A stretch of DNA of 64,000 nucleotides from Somniosus microcephalus. Taxonomy: Eukaryota. The stretch spans positions 23,560,001 to 23,624,000 of the forward strand of contig CM126224.1 in assembly GCA_052327205.1 (NCBI GenBank). The letters run 5' to 3'. Below, piece by piece: positions 1 through 12,478 of this stretch (positions are counted from its first letter, which is position 1; the number at the start of each line of letters is the position of its first letter). The position numbers were made by a program, and so were the translations under genes. Below the pieces are notes generated by a model. That model was not told the origin of the DNA and searched no databases. It saw nothing but the letters and a program-made list of their open reading frames with translations.

Positions 1-396
1 TTATGAAGTTATGGTGGCCGAGGATCGGAGGTTGCAGAGATGCTCAGGAGTCCTGGGACTCGGATTACATGGATACTCGTCCGAAAAGAAGGTTGTTTGA
101 GCAACATCAGACCTGCGGCCTAGCTAGTGTCCGAGGATGTGCATTAACTGACGGAGAGTAACACAGAAGTGCGCACCTCCCATTTGCGGCACCATCATCT
201 TCGTCCCTGCAGGCAACAGTGGAGCACGTGGCAGCTTCATCAGGACCCGTGACATTGCCCCACCACACAACTCGCCCAGGACCAGTATGTGCCTCCTCCA
301 TCACAGTAGCACAGACTGCTGCCCGGGAGGCAGTAGGTGACAGGATAGACAGTACCCTGCAAACTGTCTTTCAGACACTAATGACTAAGAAATAGC

Positions 397-1212
397 TGTT
401 AAGAATCAAAATCCCATTTTTGAATCTAAGGAACAGAGAAATAAACTGAAAAAATGCAGCCGGGAATAAATGGCAGGAATATCAGCAAGGTCAGATAACA
501 AGCACAAGTGACAAATGGCCGCGGCCAGGACACAGAAGTGATGAGGGAGTCATAAAATACAAGACAACATGGAACCAGAAAGTCATAAAATGTTCTTAAA
601 GAAACATAACAAGACCTTTAGAACAGAGATAAGGAGGAAAATGACCTCATGAGACTGGGGGGGGGCTGTCAGAGATACCCTCTCCCTTGTAATTGAACAA
701 TGGGATGGGTAAAAATGATTGACACCAGGCAATCACCAGCCCATCGAAATAAGGTATCAAAACCAAGATGACCGAGAGAGGAAAACAGACAGCTAGGGGC
801 GAAGGCTTCCTCGAGATGGAAATCAATGCTGGCTTATGCCCAACACCTTGATCAAGTTTAGCCTCTGAGGTGGATCCATGTTGGTTCATAACCTAACACC
901 TCCAACAGCTCGAGGGACGAACTGACAGAAGTGACTGCTGCTGCAGGCTGCAGGGATCCGCTGACCCGAGACCTCCATGCTGTCTCATCGGGCATCTAAC
1001 CATCTGTCTGTCTGTCCATCCGTCCGGTCGTGGCATTCCGCTTCGAGGGTCGTAGATCGCTCTCTACTGTCACGGGTTGTATGTCTATTATATTTATCTT
1101 AACCACATGTAATATCGGATTATGCTTTGAACTTTGATGCTTTAATAAAATACCTTAAAACTCCTAAGACCCTTTGGGTAATGTGTGTGTGACCTGTGAT
1201 CCAAATCTTACA
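397..1212 (+). mobile_element. Possible LTR (ERV/Gypsy-like), 5' boundary uncertain
   Basis: Ends ...AATAAA(1144)...ATCTTACA and has a candidate TGTTAAGA start at 397. Composition resembles the solo LTR at 41037-50246. No TSD found. Confidence 0.3.
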
Positions 1213-1759
1213 GGACTGGGATACGGGCAGCTGTGTTTAAGGGGTTTTCAAGATCTGATAGCAGCCATTAAACCAGCCATTCCACCAGTCAGCGAACCAA
1301 CAGATCCAGGGCCAAGTACAATGGCGCCAGCTAGGGTCCTCTGCATGAGGCTTACATCTCTCACGACTGCAGCACATGCTAGGCATCTGGCCTATCTTCT
1401 ACGAGCATCACACAAGTAGGATGAGAAAGCAGGTTGTTGAAGCAGAAGCTCCAGAGGTGTAGTCTGCAGTGGGTCCTCCTCAAGTTCATGGGGGCATAAG
1501 AGAGCTACCTCAGTCCATGAGCTTTTTGTACAAGTGCAGCCACACCACCTCACCTTGGGTTGCACCTAGGAGAAGCATTACATGCAATTTGCATACAGAA
1601 ACATGTGGTGTTTGAAGCACGATGGATGAAATGCATGTTGGGAACAAGACTTTTTTATATTTAGTGAGAGCCAATTTGCACACAGCAAGGTCCTACAAAG
1701 AGCAATGCAATAAATAACCAGTAATTTGGGTTGGCTAGGAGAGCAAGAGAAATGGTACC

Positions 1760-1986
1760 TGTCATAAATCTCATCATCGAGAAACTACCTATGAAATAAC
1801 ACTGGACGGCCAGCTGGTGGCGCTGTCCAAGGAGTATAAATACTCGGGCGTTGGCCCCAGCTTGTCAGGGCTATTTTGTAAAGACAAGGAGCTAGTGGAT
1901 ACAACTAGACCTCCATGTTCTGAAACAAGTTGATTGAAGCCTTGCTTTATGCTCAAACCAAGTGCGTCGTGAGTTTTATTTCATCA
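1760..1986 (+). repeat. 5' LTR of Gypsy element 1
   Basis: Near-identical direct repeat of 6333-6559; TATAAA at 1835-1840. Confidence 0.95.
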
Positions 1987-2088
1987 ATTTAATCAACTTG
2001 ATATTGACTCCACGCTTTGGGTGATTTCGGGAACAGCCAGCTACGACTCGAACCATAGAAGGGAACTCAGACAAGTAATCGATCCATC

Positions 2089-5000
2089 ATGGAGAAACTA
2101 CTCAGGCCCGCCCGTCTTGACCTGGACCCGAATTCATTTACAGCTGCTAAGGTATGGAAACACTGGTATCGTACTTTTAGCAACTTCCTCAGGGTGTGTG
2201 GTGAAAATGTTCCTGATAAATTAGAAATACTTGCTAATTACGTATCCCCTCATGTGTTTGATTATATCGAAGACTGTGTAGACTATGACACCGCTATCCA
2301 AATGACACAGCAGCTATATGTCAAGTTCCCAAATGAAATTTTTTCTCGGCATCTACTAACCACAACTCGACAACAACCCGGGGAATCACTTGACAAATTC
2401 CTTCAGAAACTTAGCAGGCTCAGCAAGGATTGTAATCTTAAAGCTGTTACAGCTGAGCAGTACCAGGAGGAGTTAATTCGTGATTTCTTTATTAATGGGA
2501 TAAAGAGTAGCTTGCCTTTCAAAAGCTAGGCTTTATTAACCTTAAAAAACCAGCAGTACATGTTAAGCACCCAGTCTCAACCAAGCTGTAGAGAACTGAA
2601 TTTAAGATGGCCACCACAGGTCACATGGAATCAACTAACCAATAAGTTTACAGCATATATCTCAAGGCAGGAAAACAGGCAACCAATTACAATGCTTCTT
2701 ATAAAACAAGAATAATCACCACAGTCTCCCTTCATACGTCAGCGTCTGTTGGAGAATAAAACCCTCAAGTTACAGGCTGCCTATGACCAGGCATGTTCTC
2801 TGGACTTAGCAAAGAGGAATGCAGACACCTATCTTTTACCACGTGCATGGGCTGCTGCTATCTCTTTTAGTGACTCTTTCAATAGGCCTCGGGCAGAAGC
2901 CCTCACGGATGACGACGCCAACCCGGCTGATGACAACCCTACCCTAGAAACCTACACTGATGACGACCCCGCCCTAGCGGCATCTTGGCAATCTGGAAGG
3001 AAGTGTTTCTTCTGTGGAGGAGCGTTCCATTATAGGAAATTTTGTCCTGCTCGTAACGTGACCTACAATCATTGCAGCAAGAAAGGGCACTTTTCTAAGG
3101 TATGCCAGTCAAGAGCCACTGTTAGTAAGAAAGGCCACTTTTCTAAGGTATACCAGTCGAGAGCTCCTGTTAGTTTTGCAGCTATTATCTATAAAACTGC
3201 TCCTCCCCCAAAAGCCACTACTAGGGTTACAGCTGCAATCTATAAAACTGCTCCTCCCCCAAGAACCACTACTAAGGTTACAGTTGTCAAGGGTAAAACT
3301 GCCCCTCCTCCCATCACAGCTGTTTTTCCCCAAAGTTTGTCCCATGCAGCCATGAAGGTTTCGATAAATGGACACATTTTGAGTGCACTAATCGACTCAT
3401 GCAGCTCTGACAGCTTCATTAGTGAGCGGGCTGTCAGTAAGTTAAAACTGCGTATTTACCCCTCGGACAGGGAAATTGCAATGGCTCTGACGACTGACCA
3501 CCAATTCTTCTGGCTTTTGTCTTGTCGACCTTATTCTCAATGGCCGCACTTATTTCTCCACCCGGCTCGGGGTGCTCAAGAACCTATGCAGTGATGTGCT
3601 CCTGGGACAGAATTTCCAGAAACAACACAAAAGACTCACTTTCGAGTTTGGAGGGTCAAAGCCAGAGCTTACTATTTGCAAAGTACCATTTTGTGTGCTT
3701 TCGGCGGCTTCGCTCGACGAGTCCTCCTTGTTTGCCAATCTTTCCCCCCGATGTAAGCCCATAGTCACTAAATCACAACGTTTCAGCCGAGATGATCGAG
3801 CCGTTATCGAGGCAGAAATCTCTCGCCTTCTAGCCGACGGTATCATTCAGCCATGTTCATCTTCCTGGCGGGCTCAAGTCGTCATTGTTAAAAATCCTCT
3901 GAAGCAACACAAGAAACGTCTTTGCATTGCTTACTCGCCAACTATTAACCAGTATACCGACCTGGATGCCTACCCACTACCATGCATCGATGACTTGGTC
4001 AATAACCTTGCCAACTACAAGGTATTTTCAACTCTTGATTGAAAGAGCGCATATCATCAAGTACCGTTAAAGGACTCTGACAAAAAGTATACAGCCTTTG
4101 AGGCCAATGGTCCGCTTTACCAGTTTTATCGCCTTCCATTTGGGGTTACCAATGGGGTGGCCGTCTTTCAACGGGCAATGGATAGCCTAGTCAAACAGGA
4201 GAACTTAACAGACACTTTTCCATATCTAGATAATATCACCATTGCTGGTCATAACCAGAAGGAGCATGATGCCAATCTCCAGAAATTTTTTGACGTTCTC
4301 CGTCGTCGCAACTTAACCTTAAATGAGTCCAAATCTGTGAAATCAGTACCATCAGTCAACATCCTTGGCTACTGGGTGGGCAACGGTGTCATCAAACCGG
4401 ATCTGGAGCGACTTTGTCTGCTTCAGGAGCTCCCTCCCCCTACGAATCTCAGCTCTCTTCGGGCACTCGACATGTTCGCCTATTATGCGAAATGGATACC
4501 CCACTTCTCCGACAAGATCCAGCCCCTGCTTCACATAGTCATTTCCATTGGAGGCAATGGCTATTTCAGTTTTCAACCTCCTCAAGCGACAACTGGAAAA
4601 AGCCACGCTTCAGTCCATTGATGAAAATCTTCCTTTCGTGGTTGAGTGCGATGCATCGGATGTGACGATCTCTGCTACCTTGAATCAAGGTGGTCGACCC
4701 GTTGCATTTCTGTCCAGAACTTTGCAGGGTAGCGAGCTCCATTATCCTCCTGTCGAGAAGGAGGCTACGGCCATCATCGAAGTGGTACATAAATGGAGTC
4801 ATTTTCTCGCTCGTCACCATTTCACACTTATAACCTATCAGCGCTCCGTGGCCTTTATGCTGGATAACCGGAAACACACTAAAATCAAGAATAACAAAAT
4901 ACAACTCTGGAGGATGGAATTGGCTGCCTTTGGATACACCATACATTATCAACCTGGCAAAGAGAATGTGGCCCCGGATACCCTCATGCGGGCATTCTGC

Positions 5001-6291
5001 TCTTCTATGTCAACTTCAACTCTGGCGCATCTTCATACTGACTTATGCCATCCTGGCGTTACCCGTATGTTGCACTTTGTGCGATCTAAAAATCTCCCAT
5101 TTTCTACGGAAGATGTGAAAAGAACGTGCTCCTCCTGTAAAATTTGTGCGGAGTTAAAACTGCAATTCTTCTGTCCATCGGATGGCTCACTCATACACGC
5201 TATGCTGCCTATGCAGCGACTCAGCATTGACTTTAAAGGGCCATTGCCTTCCTCAACGCGGAACACCTACTTACTGACTATGGTGGACGAATATTCACGC
5301 TTTCCCTTTGCTTTTCCCTGTCCCAATATGCTTACTTCCACAGTGATCAAATGCCTTGATCAAGTCTTTTCCCTTTGCGGTACGGCCAATTTCATCCACT
5401 CTGATTGGGGTCCCTCCTTCATGTCAAGCGAACTCAAAAGTTCTCTCTCCCAACGAGGAATCGCCACAAGTAAAATGACACCGTACCATCCCATCGGTAA
5501 CGGACAGGTTGAGAGATACAATGCTATCATTTGGAACGCTGTTCATCTTGCGCTGAGGTCACGCAATCTACCAGACCAGCAGTGGGAAACTATGCTCCCT
5601 GACGCGTTGCATTCCATCAGGTCTCTCCTTTCTACTTCTACCAATGTCACACCTCACGAGCGGTTCTTCAGCTTCCAGCGTCGCTCCACCCATGGGATGT
5701 CTCTACCATCATGGTTGGCCGCTCCTGGTCCCGTGCTGCTCTGAAAATTCGTCCGATCGTCAAAAACCGATCCTCTAGTCGACGAGGTAGAACTTAGACG
5801 TCAATCCCACGTACGCCCACGTGCGGTACCCGGATGGCTGGGAGTCCACCGTTTCACTCTGGGACCTGGCTCCCTGTCCGGCCTGTTCCACGGAATCGAC
5901 TGATGGAGGGACCCGCAGGGATGAGGCCGACTCTCTGCGCTCCCCCAAGGATGACGCCCTACCTGGGACATCGAGGGCTCTGCCGGCTGCCCTGCTGGAT
6001 CCGCTCGGGGAGCCGAGCACTCCCCGTGGGATGGCCACCCTGGGCCAGGACGCCGGTCAATCTCCGGCTAACCAACGGGACGAAGCCAGTTCTGCGCCTG
6101 TGGGGACCCGCACCCAGAGTCACGATCTCCCCAGCCTCCCTCGGGTTGATCAGAGCAACACGGGCCCTGTCGATCCACCAGCACGGATCAAGCAGCCCAG
6201 GGACCAAGACACGGTCCGGGGAGACGTGCCTTCTGGCCATAAACAAAAATCTAAAAGACTGCAGCTATTCGTGGTCCGCCTAATCCGTTAA
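2089..6291 (+). pseudogene. Disrupted gag-pol polyprotein of Gypsy element 1
   Basis: Gag (RPARLDLDPNS...KHW), zinc knuckles (CFFCGGAFH..C), protease ALIDSCS, RT (DAYPLP, PFG, FPYLDN), RNase H (VECDASD, EKEATA), integrase (H..H..C..C, IDFKGP, VDEYSRF, NGQVER). Several stops and frameshifts plus an insertion in gag. Confidence 0.93.
2506..2723 (-). mobile_element. ~220-bp insertion in gag, probably a solo LTR
   Basis: Gag frame breaks at FINGIK and resumes at SPFIRQRLLENKTL. The insert reads TGTGG... at its minus-strand start and has a minus-strand AATAAA. No clean TSD. Confidence 0.5.
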
Positions 6292-6332
6292 GAGGAAGTC
6301 GTCAGATTTCCAAATCTTTTAGGCAGGAAGAA

Positions 6333-6559
6333 TGTCATAAATCTCATCATCGAGAAACTACCTATGAAGTAACACTGGACGGCCAGCTGGTGGCGCCATC
6401 CAAGGAATATAAATACTCGGGCGTTGGTCCCAGCTTGCCAGGGACATTTTGTAAAGACAAGGAGCTAGTGGATACAACTAGACCTCCATGTTCTGAAACA
6501 AGTTGATTAAAGCCTTGCGTTATGCTCAAACCAAGCACGTAGTGAGTTTTATTACATCA
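6333..6559 (+). repeat. 3' LTR of Gypsy element 1
   Basis: Direct repeat of 1760-1986, preceded by the PPT and followed by the TSD. Confidence 0.95.
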
Positions 6560-6760
6560 GTACCTTTTACGTCCAACTGAATAGGCAGATGGAGCCATAG
6601 TTTACCATCTCTACCAAAAGGCGACACATCTGGCAATGCAGTACTCCCTCAGTACTATGCTCCAAGTGTCAGCCTAGATTATGTACTCAAGTCCTGGAGT
6701 GGAGCGAGAGCCCACAACTTTCTGACTCCAGCAACAATGGCACCACAAGCCAAGCTGACA
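6560..6760 (-). mobile_element. tRNA-derived SINE (DeuSINE/SacSINE1-like), 5' half; remainder at about 1665-1759
   Basis: Reverse complement resembles the SINE at 12013-12478; split by the Gypsy insertion. Confidence 0.65.
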
Positions 6761-7372
6761 AATTGAGCGAGATACTGGCTTCGAAGCATGTGACTATTAT
6801 ACAATGTAATGCACAATTATTATTCTGCTGCTGTGGTGGACTTGTGAAACCAGAAAGTCAATTAAACAAAGCTTTAGGTCAATCAGAATTTAATTGTTTG
6901 AGGGAACTGTGCAGGGTGAGCACAATTAGAGTTTAGTTTCTCTTCAGACTGCACGTCAGAACTCAGGTCTGTGTTGCTCTGCAGAATTTAAACATGTGAA
7001 TATCATCTTAACCTTTACTACTAAATTTCAAAATGCTGACTACCAAGTAAATCTGATTGGTGGTCCCGATCTCATTTGTAACCTCCAAACTCTTATTTAA
7101 TGCATATTATCTTTCTTCTGCTGGATCAGGAGAGATTTAAAATTTAAACTTATTTTGAATAGATTCATTGCAAAGTTTCAATATTTTAAATTTACAACAA
7201 CCTTTGCTTCCTCCAAAATCTGATAGGTAAACTGAGTCAGGGGTTATGTACACTCTGGCTCTTTATCAGTTAGGGTATTTTCAACTGCTGGGTGACACTG
7301 TATGTTCCAAATGACTGCCCTGAAGACCTTAATATTACTGAATGCAGTTATTTGGACATTTAAATCGAAAGC

Positions 7373-7880
7373 ATCAGCTTGGCTAGTTTGGTTGCACTCT
7401 TACGTGAGTCGTAAAGTTATGGGTTCAAATCCCATTCCAGGACTTGAGTACTTATCCAAGCTTACATCCCTGTACAGTACTGAGGGAGTGCTGTATTGCT
7501 GGGTGGGATGTTAAACCGGAGACCCTATTCACAGAATCACAGAAACCTCACAATGCAGATAGAGGCCATTTCGGCCCATCGAGCCTGCACCGACACATAT
7601 CCCACCCCCGATCCCCGTAACCCCTACACCAACACATATCCCACCCTATCCCTGTAACCCCACGTATTTAATCCCCCTAACACTAAGGGTCAATTTTATC
7701 ATAGCCAATCAACCTAACCTGCACATCTTTGGACTGTGGGAGGAAACCGGAGCACCCGGAGGAAACCCACGCAAACACGGTGGTTCAAGTGGACATTAAA
7801 AGATCCCATGGCACAATTTGATGAAGATTGGAGAATTCTCCTGATGACTTGGCCAACATTCCTCCTTCAGCCAACACAAC
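7373..7880 (+). mobile_element. Degenerate tRNA-derived SINE with a nested minus-strand V-SINE/HE1-like fragment (~7530-7780)
   Basis: B box GGGTTCAAATCCC and body similar to 12013-12478. Nested piece contains GGAAACCGGAGCACCCGGAGGAAACCCACGCA and a CR1-type tail. Confidence 0.7.
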
Positions 7881-8181
7881 CAAAAGCTGAGCTATTTTTA
7901 ACACAGCAGTCACTTTGCCCATGTAACAGACACTGTGAGTAAGTGATTCAACGCTTAGTACTTTAGATATTTCAGAGAGACATGATAAGGCACTGTAATG
8001 TAAATCTCTCTCTTACAATTTATCTACCATGATTTTTATATAAAATAGCTTCTCTTTTTATAACAGCTCTGCATAATGTTTAATTATTTAAATAGAAACC
8101 AGACCTCGTCCCAAAATCCCGTTGATTTCTGCAGTAATACTTCAAAGAACAGATTCCCTGTGTAATATTAACGTTACGCAG

Positions 8182-8483
8182 ACAGAGTGGAAAAGATGCT
8201 GGTAGATGAAGAATATCCATCTTCATGTGGTTTGTGTAACCTACAATTTACATTCAACATTTTTTTCCCTCTTCTGGTCCAACGCCACAAGACTTTGCAG
8301 AAGTCTACCACAACACACAGTTTTAGCAGCTCCCTAGAACACAGTATTGTGACTCACTGCTGGCTTCAGTAGACAAAGACCAAGCCAGCACAGGATCAAT
8401 ACCCGATGTAACCAGCTCTATGGAACTGCATCATTATGATCCACTCATAATCCTCAGAGTTCATCAAATCTTTTTTCCATTAG

Positions 8484-8537
<54 letters not shown>

Positions 8538-9402
8538 ATTGCTTGTGTGAGCTGCTACCAATAAATTGGATGCATTTTGAAAGTGAGGGAGCAGAATTTC
8601 ATTGGAACATAATTGGCCATAAACTATTATACCCAACTGTTGGCATTGCAGGAACCCTGGAAGAACCAGTTGAGAGTACTCCCAAGTATATAATTTACTT
8701 TTATGTGGACTTCTGAAGCAGATAAAGTACAAAAATTACTTCAGAAAAACGCTGTTTCATATTTCTAACCTGCTTACCTAAAAGGCCAATAGATTTGATT
8801 GCAGTAAATCAATGGTGTTAGATTCTTGGTGCACAGTTCAATGAAAAACATTGAAACTGTCAATGAAGGGGAGTTTAATGCAGTTTTTTTTTAGGGACCA
8901 TAAGTAGTTTGCAATCTTGCTTTCTGTTAACCAAACTGTCACATAAGCACTGAAATAATTCTAAATACGCATCATTCAGAAAGTTAAAAAGGGACAGAAC
9001 AAATAGGGTGCCGCAGCTTTTGTGCAACCCCCCACCCCCCCCACCCCCTAATTTGTATTTTTTTTTAATGAAGTGGCAGAGTTTTGTTTGATGCTTTAGT
9101 AAAAATGTCAACTTTATTGCCTCAAGTTTGTTTTCCTCTCTCTCCCTATTAGAAGGGATAATGATATCACTAGCAGAGAAGAGTCCGCCTATGGTCACCA
9201 GAATGGTTCCACAGGTAATAATAGGGCCCGTTACTTTTCAACTGGCTCAAGAGCCAAGTGGGAACCTTCGAAGCACAAGAAAGCTCGTAGCTTGGATTCC
9301 CAGGTTCCAAGTTGGCTCTTGGGTAATGTGAAGTTGGAGCCCTCCTCATTTCCAATAGAGCACTCCAGGATGCTCGTCAGTGAAGACACTGGAACAGTAT
9401 AG
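8182..9402 (+). CDS. Candidate last three coding exons of an unidentified host gene (8182-8229, 8652-8685, 9153-9402)
   Basis: AG/GT-bounded, phase-compatible exons join to ...RVEKMLVDEEYPSSCGTLEEPVESTPKRDNDITSREES...RSLDSQVPSWLLGNVKLEP...DTGTV*. Strong pyrimidine tract before 9153. Followed by ~1.7 kb of unique AT-rich UTR-like sequence with AATAAA sites. The two donors are weak. Confidence 0.45.
8486..8535. repeat. (GT)n microsatellite
   Basis: About 25 GT units. Confidence 0.95.
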
Positions 9403-12012
9403 CAGGAAGGAAGGAAGACTCAACTTAAAGACCTCCGTGCAGGCAATAAAATTGATGATAAAATAATAAAATGTTGTGAAATCTCTTAATTTTCTATATA
9501 TAGAAAAGAATGGGGAGGGGGAACGGGGTGAACTCTTTGAACAAAATATTTCTCCTAGACTTTCCATCCCCCTTTAAGTGTGCTGCTGAATGTTTGAAAT
9601 TTTGTACATCTTATAACAGGCCCCTTTCAGCTAGCAAAAAATGTATGTTTAGCCACACAATGGTCTGGAACAGTTGTAGAATGTGTACCTGCCAACCCTG
9701 TGGTATTTTGCGGAGTCTCCAGTATTTAACTGCTCCTTTAGTTTGCCAGCATCAAGGACAAACTACCAGGTTTTACCTCCACACACCGCCCCCCACCATG
9801 CACCCCCCCCCCACCTCCAAACAACCCCCATGCATTTTTGACAATAGAGCAGATAGACAAATAAAAAGGAATGATGTACATACTGCTGACTAACCTTTTC
9901 AAGAGTCAGGCTTTCTTCTCGTTGTGGTGTCAATTATAGCTCTGTGGTAACGCTCGGCGAATGGTACTGAGCGCAGCAATCGAGACATCCGCAGCCCAGA
10001 CAGGCACGTCCTTCTGGTCAAAAAAGTGTGGTGAGTGGTAGGAAGCAACCAGAAGAGAAGAAGGGAAAAGAAACTTCAGTAAAACTGAAAAATGTCAGAG
10101 AGAATCCACTTCAACATCAGATGGGACTAATCGATTTTCCTCTCCACCCCTCTTTTTGAAAAATATGTTCCAATTGCTTGCGACTCTTGTGCAACTCAAT
10201 GGTGTACATGAGATTATTCAAATACAATGGCCATTTTTCTGCACAGCAAGCCCAATGGTTTTAGTTGCCTTCTATTTGGCGACACCACTGCAATTTTGAA
10301 CATGGAATGCTGCAAGAGGGGCAACTTAAGCATTAACCCCCCCCAACGTCCCCCCCCCACACCCCCATCCACCCCCACAAGATGTGTGCCGCATTTTTAG
10401 CTCTTTAAAATGGAAGGAAAATGAAGATCTATTTATTCCACTCAACTGCATTTATTAATTCAAGAAAAAACAAATTAAAAGTAACATAAATTGCAACTTA
10501 AATATTTACTAGTTTTGAATGTTATGCTGCAACTCTCCATCTTTTGTTAAAAGTTCAAGCCCAAGCATGCCGAAGAGGTCTTAAAACTAGAGGTTTGGAA
10601 ACTAGGATTTAATTGTGACCTAAATAAAATCAAAGAAAAGATGAAAGCTATCGCCGTTCTTTATTTATTCCACACCGCTGTGTTGCAAGCATTACTTCCA
10701 ACAATTAACAATTGTTACATGAAATACATGGGAGTGTGTCTTTGTTGGCCTAGGTGTTGGTCTAGGTTAAGCGGTAGAAAGGCAGTACGTTTAACTATCC
10801 AGACCCTAACATGAGCTAAACTAAATGCTGGTGGGAATACGCAAGAGTTTAAATAATTAAGTGGTCAACAGATTGGTTATTTTGGCTTTTATTGCTATAT
10901 TGATTATAGGGCAGTTAAATCCTTTCAAGCAGTCATGTCAAACAAGGTCAAATGACTCTCTGTAGGGCAATAATGTACTGCAAGCTAGATTATTTGACAT
11001 CAAGTGCTATTCCATAACAAATAAATCTTTCACGTTTGTTAATCCGAGAAGGAAAGTTACCATATGGTGAGGTTCCCCCCGCCACTGCCGCCCAACTCTT
11101 GGGTTTTAGTTACTGACTGAAGTGGACGTCATAGTTGGAGTTCTGTATATTTAGGGCTGGTTTAGGAAAGCGAGTTTGAACCTCTTGTAAGCATATTCCT
11201 GCACCTCAACTCAAACCTATTGACAAGGATAGATTTGAACAAAAGATAGGTCGACACAAAAAGGTTTATGGTTTGAGCTGACGCAAAATTTGCCAGATTA
11301 AACAAAAATTTAAAAAATCCCCGTGATTTATGAATAAAATACACAGGAAATACATATTGCAGCAAGCGACAAACTGGATCATGTAGGAGCCCTAATCTGT
11401 GGGCCCTTTACTCACCTATCTTAAAGCAATAGCATCTTTATGCTTGGGCTGGTATTAACTAAGAACAAGTGATAAATTGTTGACTTTCATCTGTGAAGAC
11501 CCAACCTACATCTGATTTGATTAATAAGCTGCTTGGAGATCAAAAATAAAGTCTGGTTTTTTTTGGTGCACATAGAGACAAATTATGGATTGAATGCAAG
11601 ATTTGATCAAGACCGTATTATTTTAAACAGCAGAATAAACTGAGATTTGTTAATCGAGTGGAAAGCACTGCGTTTGAAAGAGGGCGGTGAACTTAATTAG
11701 AATGAGCAACTAAAGGTGAAAGAATTTTTTTTAGGGTTCTTTGTTTCCAGTCTACCATTATTTTTAGAGAATTCTTTAACGGAACAGCACTTCAATCAAA
11801 GCACACAGAAGCAAGTACTCTATTGAGTAAATCCAGATGGCAACCATGTTAACAGAAAAGACTATTTTGATTGGCTTGTAACCATGCAAAGAAACAATAT
11901 TTCCAGCTGATGAATGTGGCTGGCAGAAGTCGTCCATGGCAACAGTGGAGCGTGTCCATTTTGCTTTAAGTTTCATTGAAATATTATCCCTTATGAAATA
12001 TTATCCCCTATA

Positions 12013-12478
12013 GTGTCAGCCATGGCTCAGTGGGTAGCACACTCGCCTCTGAGTCAGAAGGTTGTGGGTTCAAGTCCCACTCCAGGGACTTGAGCACATA
12101 AAGCTAGGCTGACTCTCCAGTGCAGTGCCGAGGGAGTGCTGCAGTGTCGGAGGTGCCGTCTTTTGGATGAGACATTAAACCGAGGCCCCGTCTGCTCGCT
12201 CAGGTGGACGTAAAAGATCCCATGGATACTATTTCGAAGAAGAGCAGGGGAGTTATCCCCGCCGTCCTGGCCAATATCTATCCCTCAATCAACATCACTA
12301 AAAAACAGATTATCTGGTCATCATCACATTGCTGTTTGTGGGAGCTTGCTGTGCGCAAATTGGCTGCTGCATTTCCTACATTACAACAGTGACTACACGT
12401 CAAAAAGTATTTCGTCGGCTGTAAAGCACTTTGGGATGTCCAGTGGTCGTGAAAGGCGCTATATAAATGCAAGTGTGT
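12013..12478 (+). mobile_element. Near full-length tRNA-derived SINE (DeuSINE/SacSINE1-like)
   Basis: A box TGGCTCAGTGG, B box GGTTCAAGTCC, central domain, 3' tail GAAAGGCGCTATATAAATGCAAG. Homologous copies elsewhere in the window. Confidence 0.85.

Larger units (their letters stand above)
1760..6559 (+). mobile_element. Full-length degenerate Ty3/Gypsy LTR retrotransposon
   Basis: 227-bp TG...CA LTRs at 1760-1986 and 6333-6559. 5-bp TSD GTACC at 1755-1759 and 6560-6564. PPT AGGCAGGAAGAA at 6321-6332. Domain order gag-PR-RT-RH-IN. Inserted into a minus-strand SINE. Confidence 0.96.

Noticed and set aside
5821-6291. env-like third ORF in Gypsy element 1
   Set aside because: It is the low-complexity integrase C-terminal tail; no signal peptide or transmembrane segment.
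12013-12090. tRNA-like sequence (also 25320-25410 and 62763-62830)
   Set aside because: These are retroposon heads continuing into SINE/LINE bodies, not stand-alone tRNA genes.
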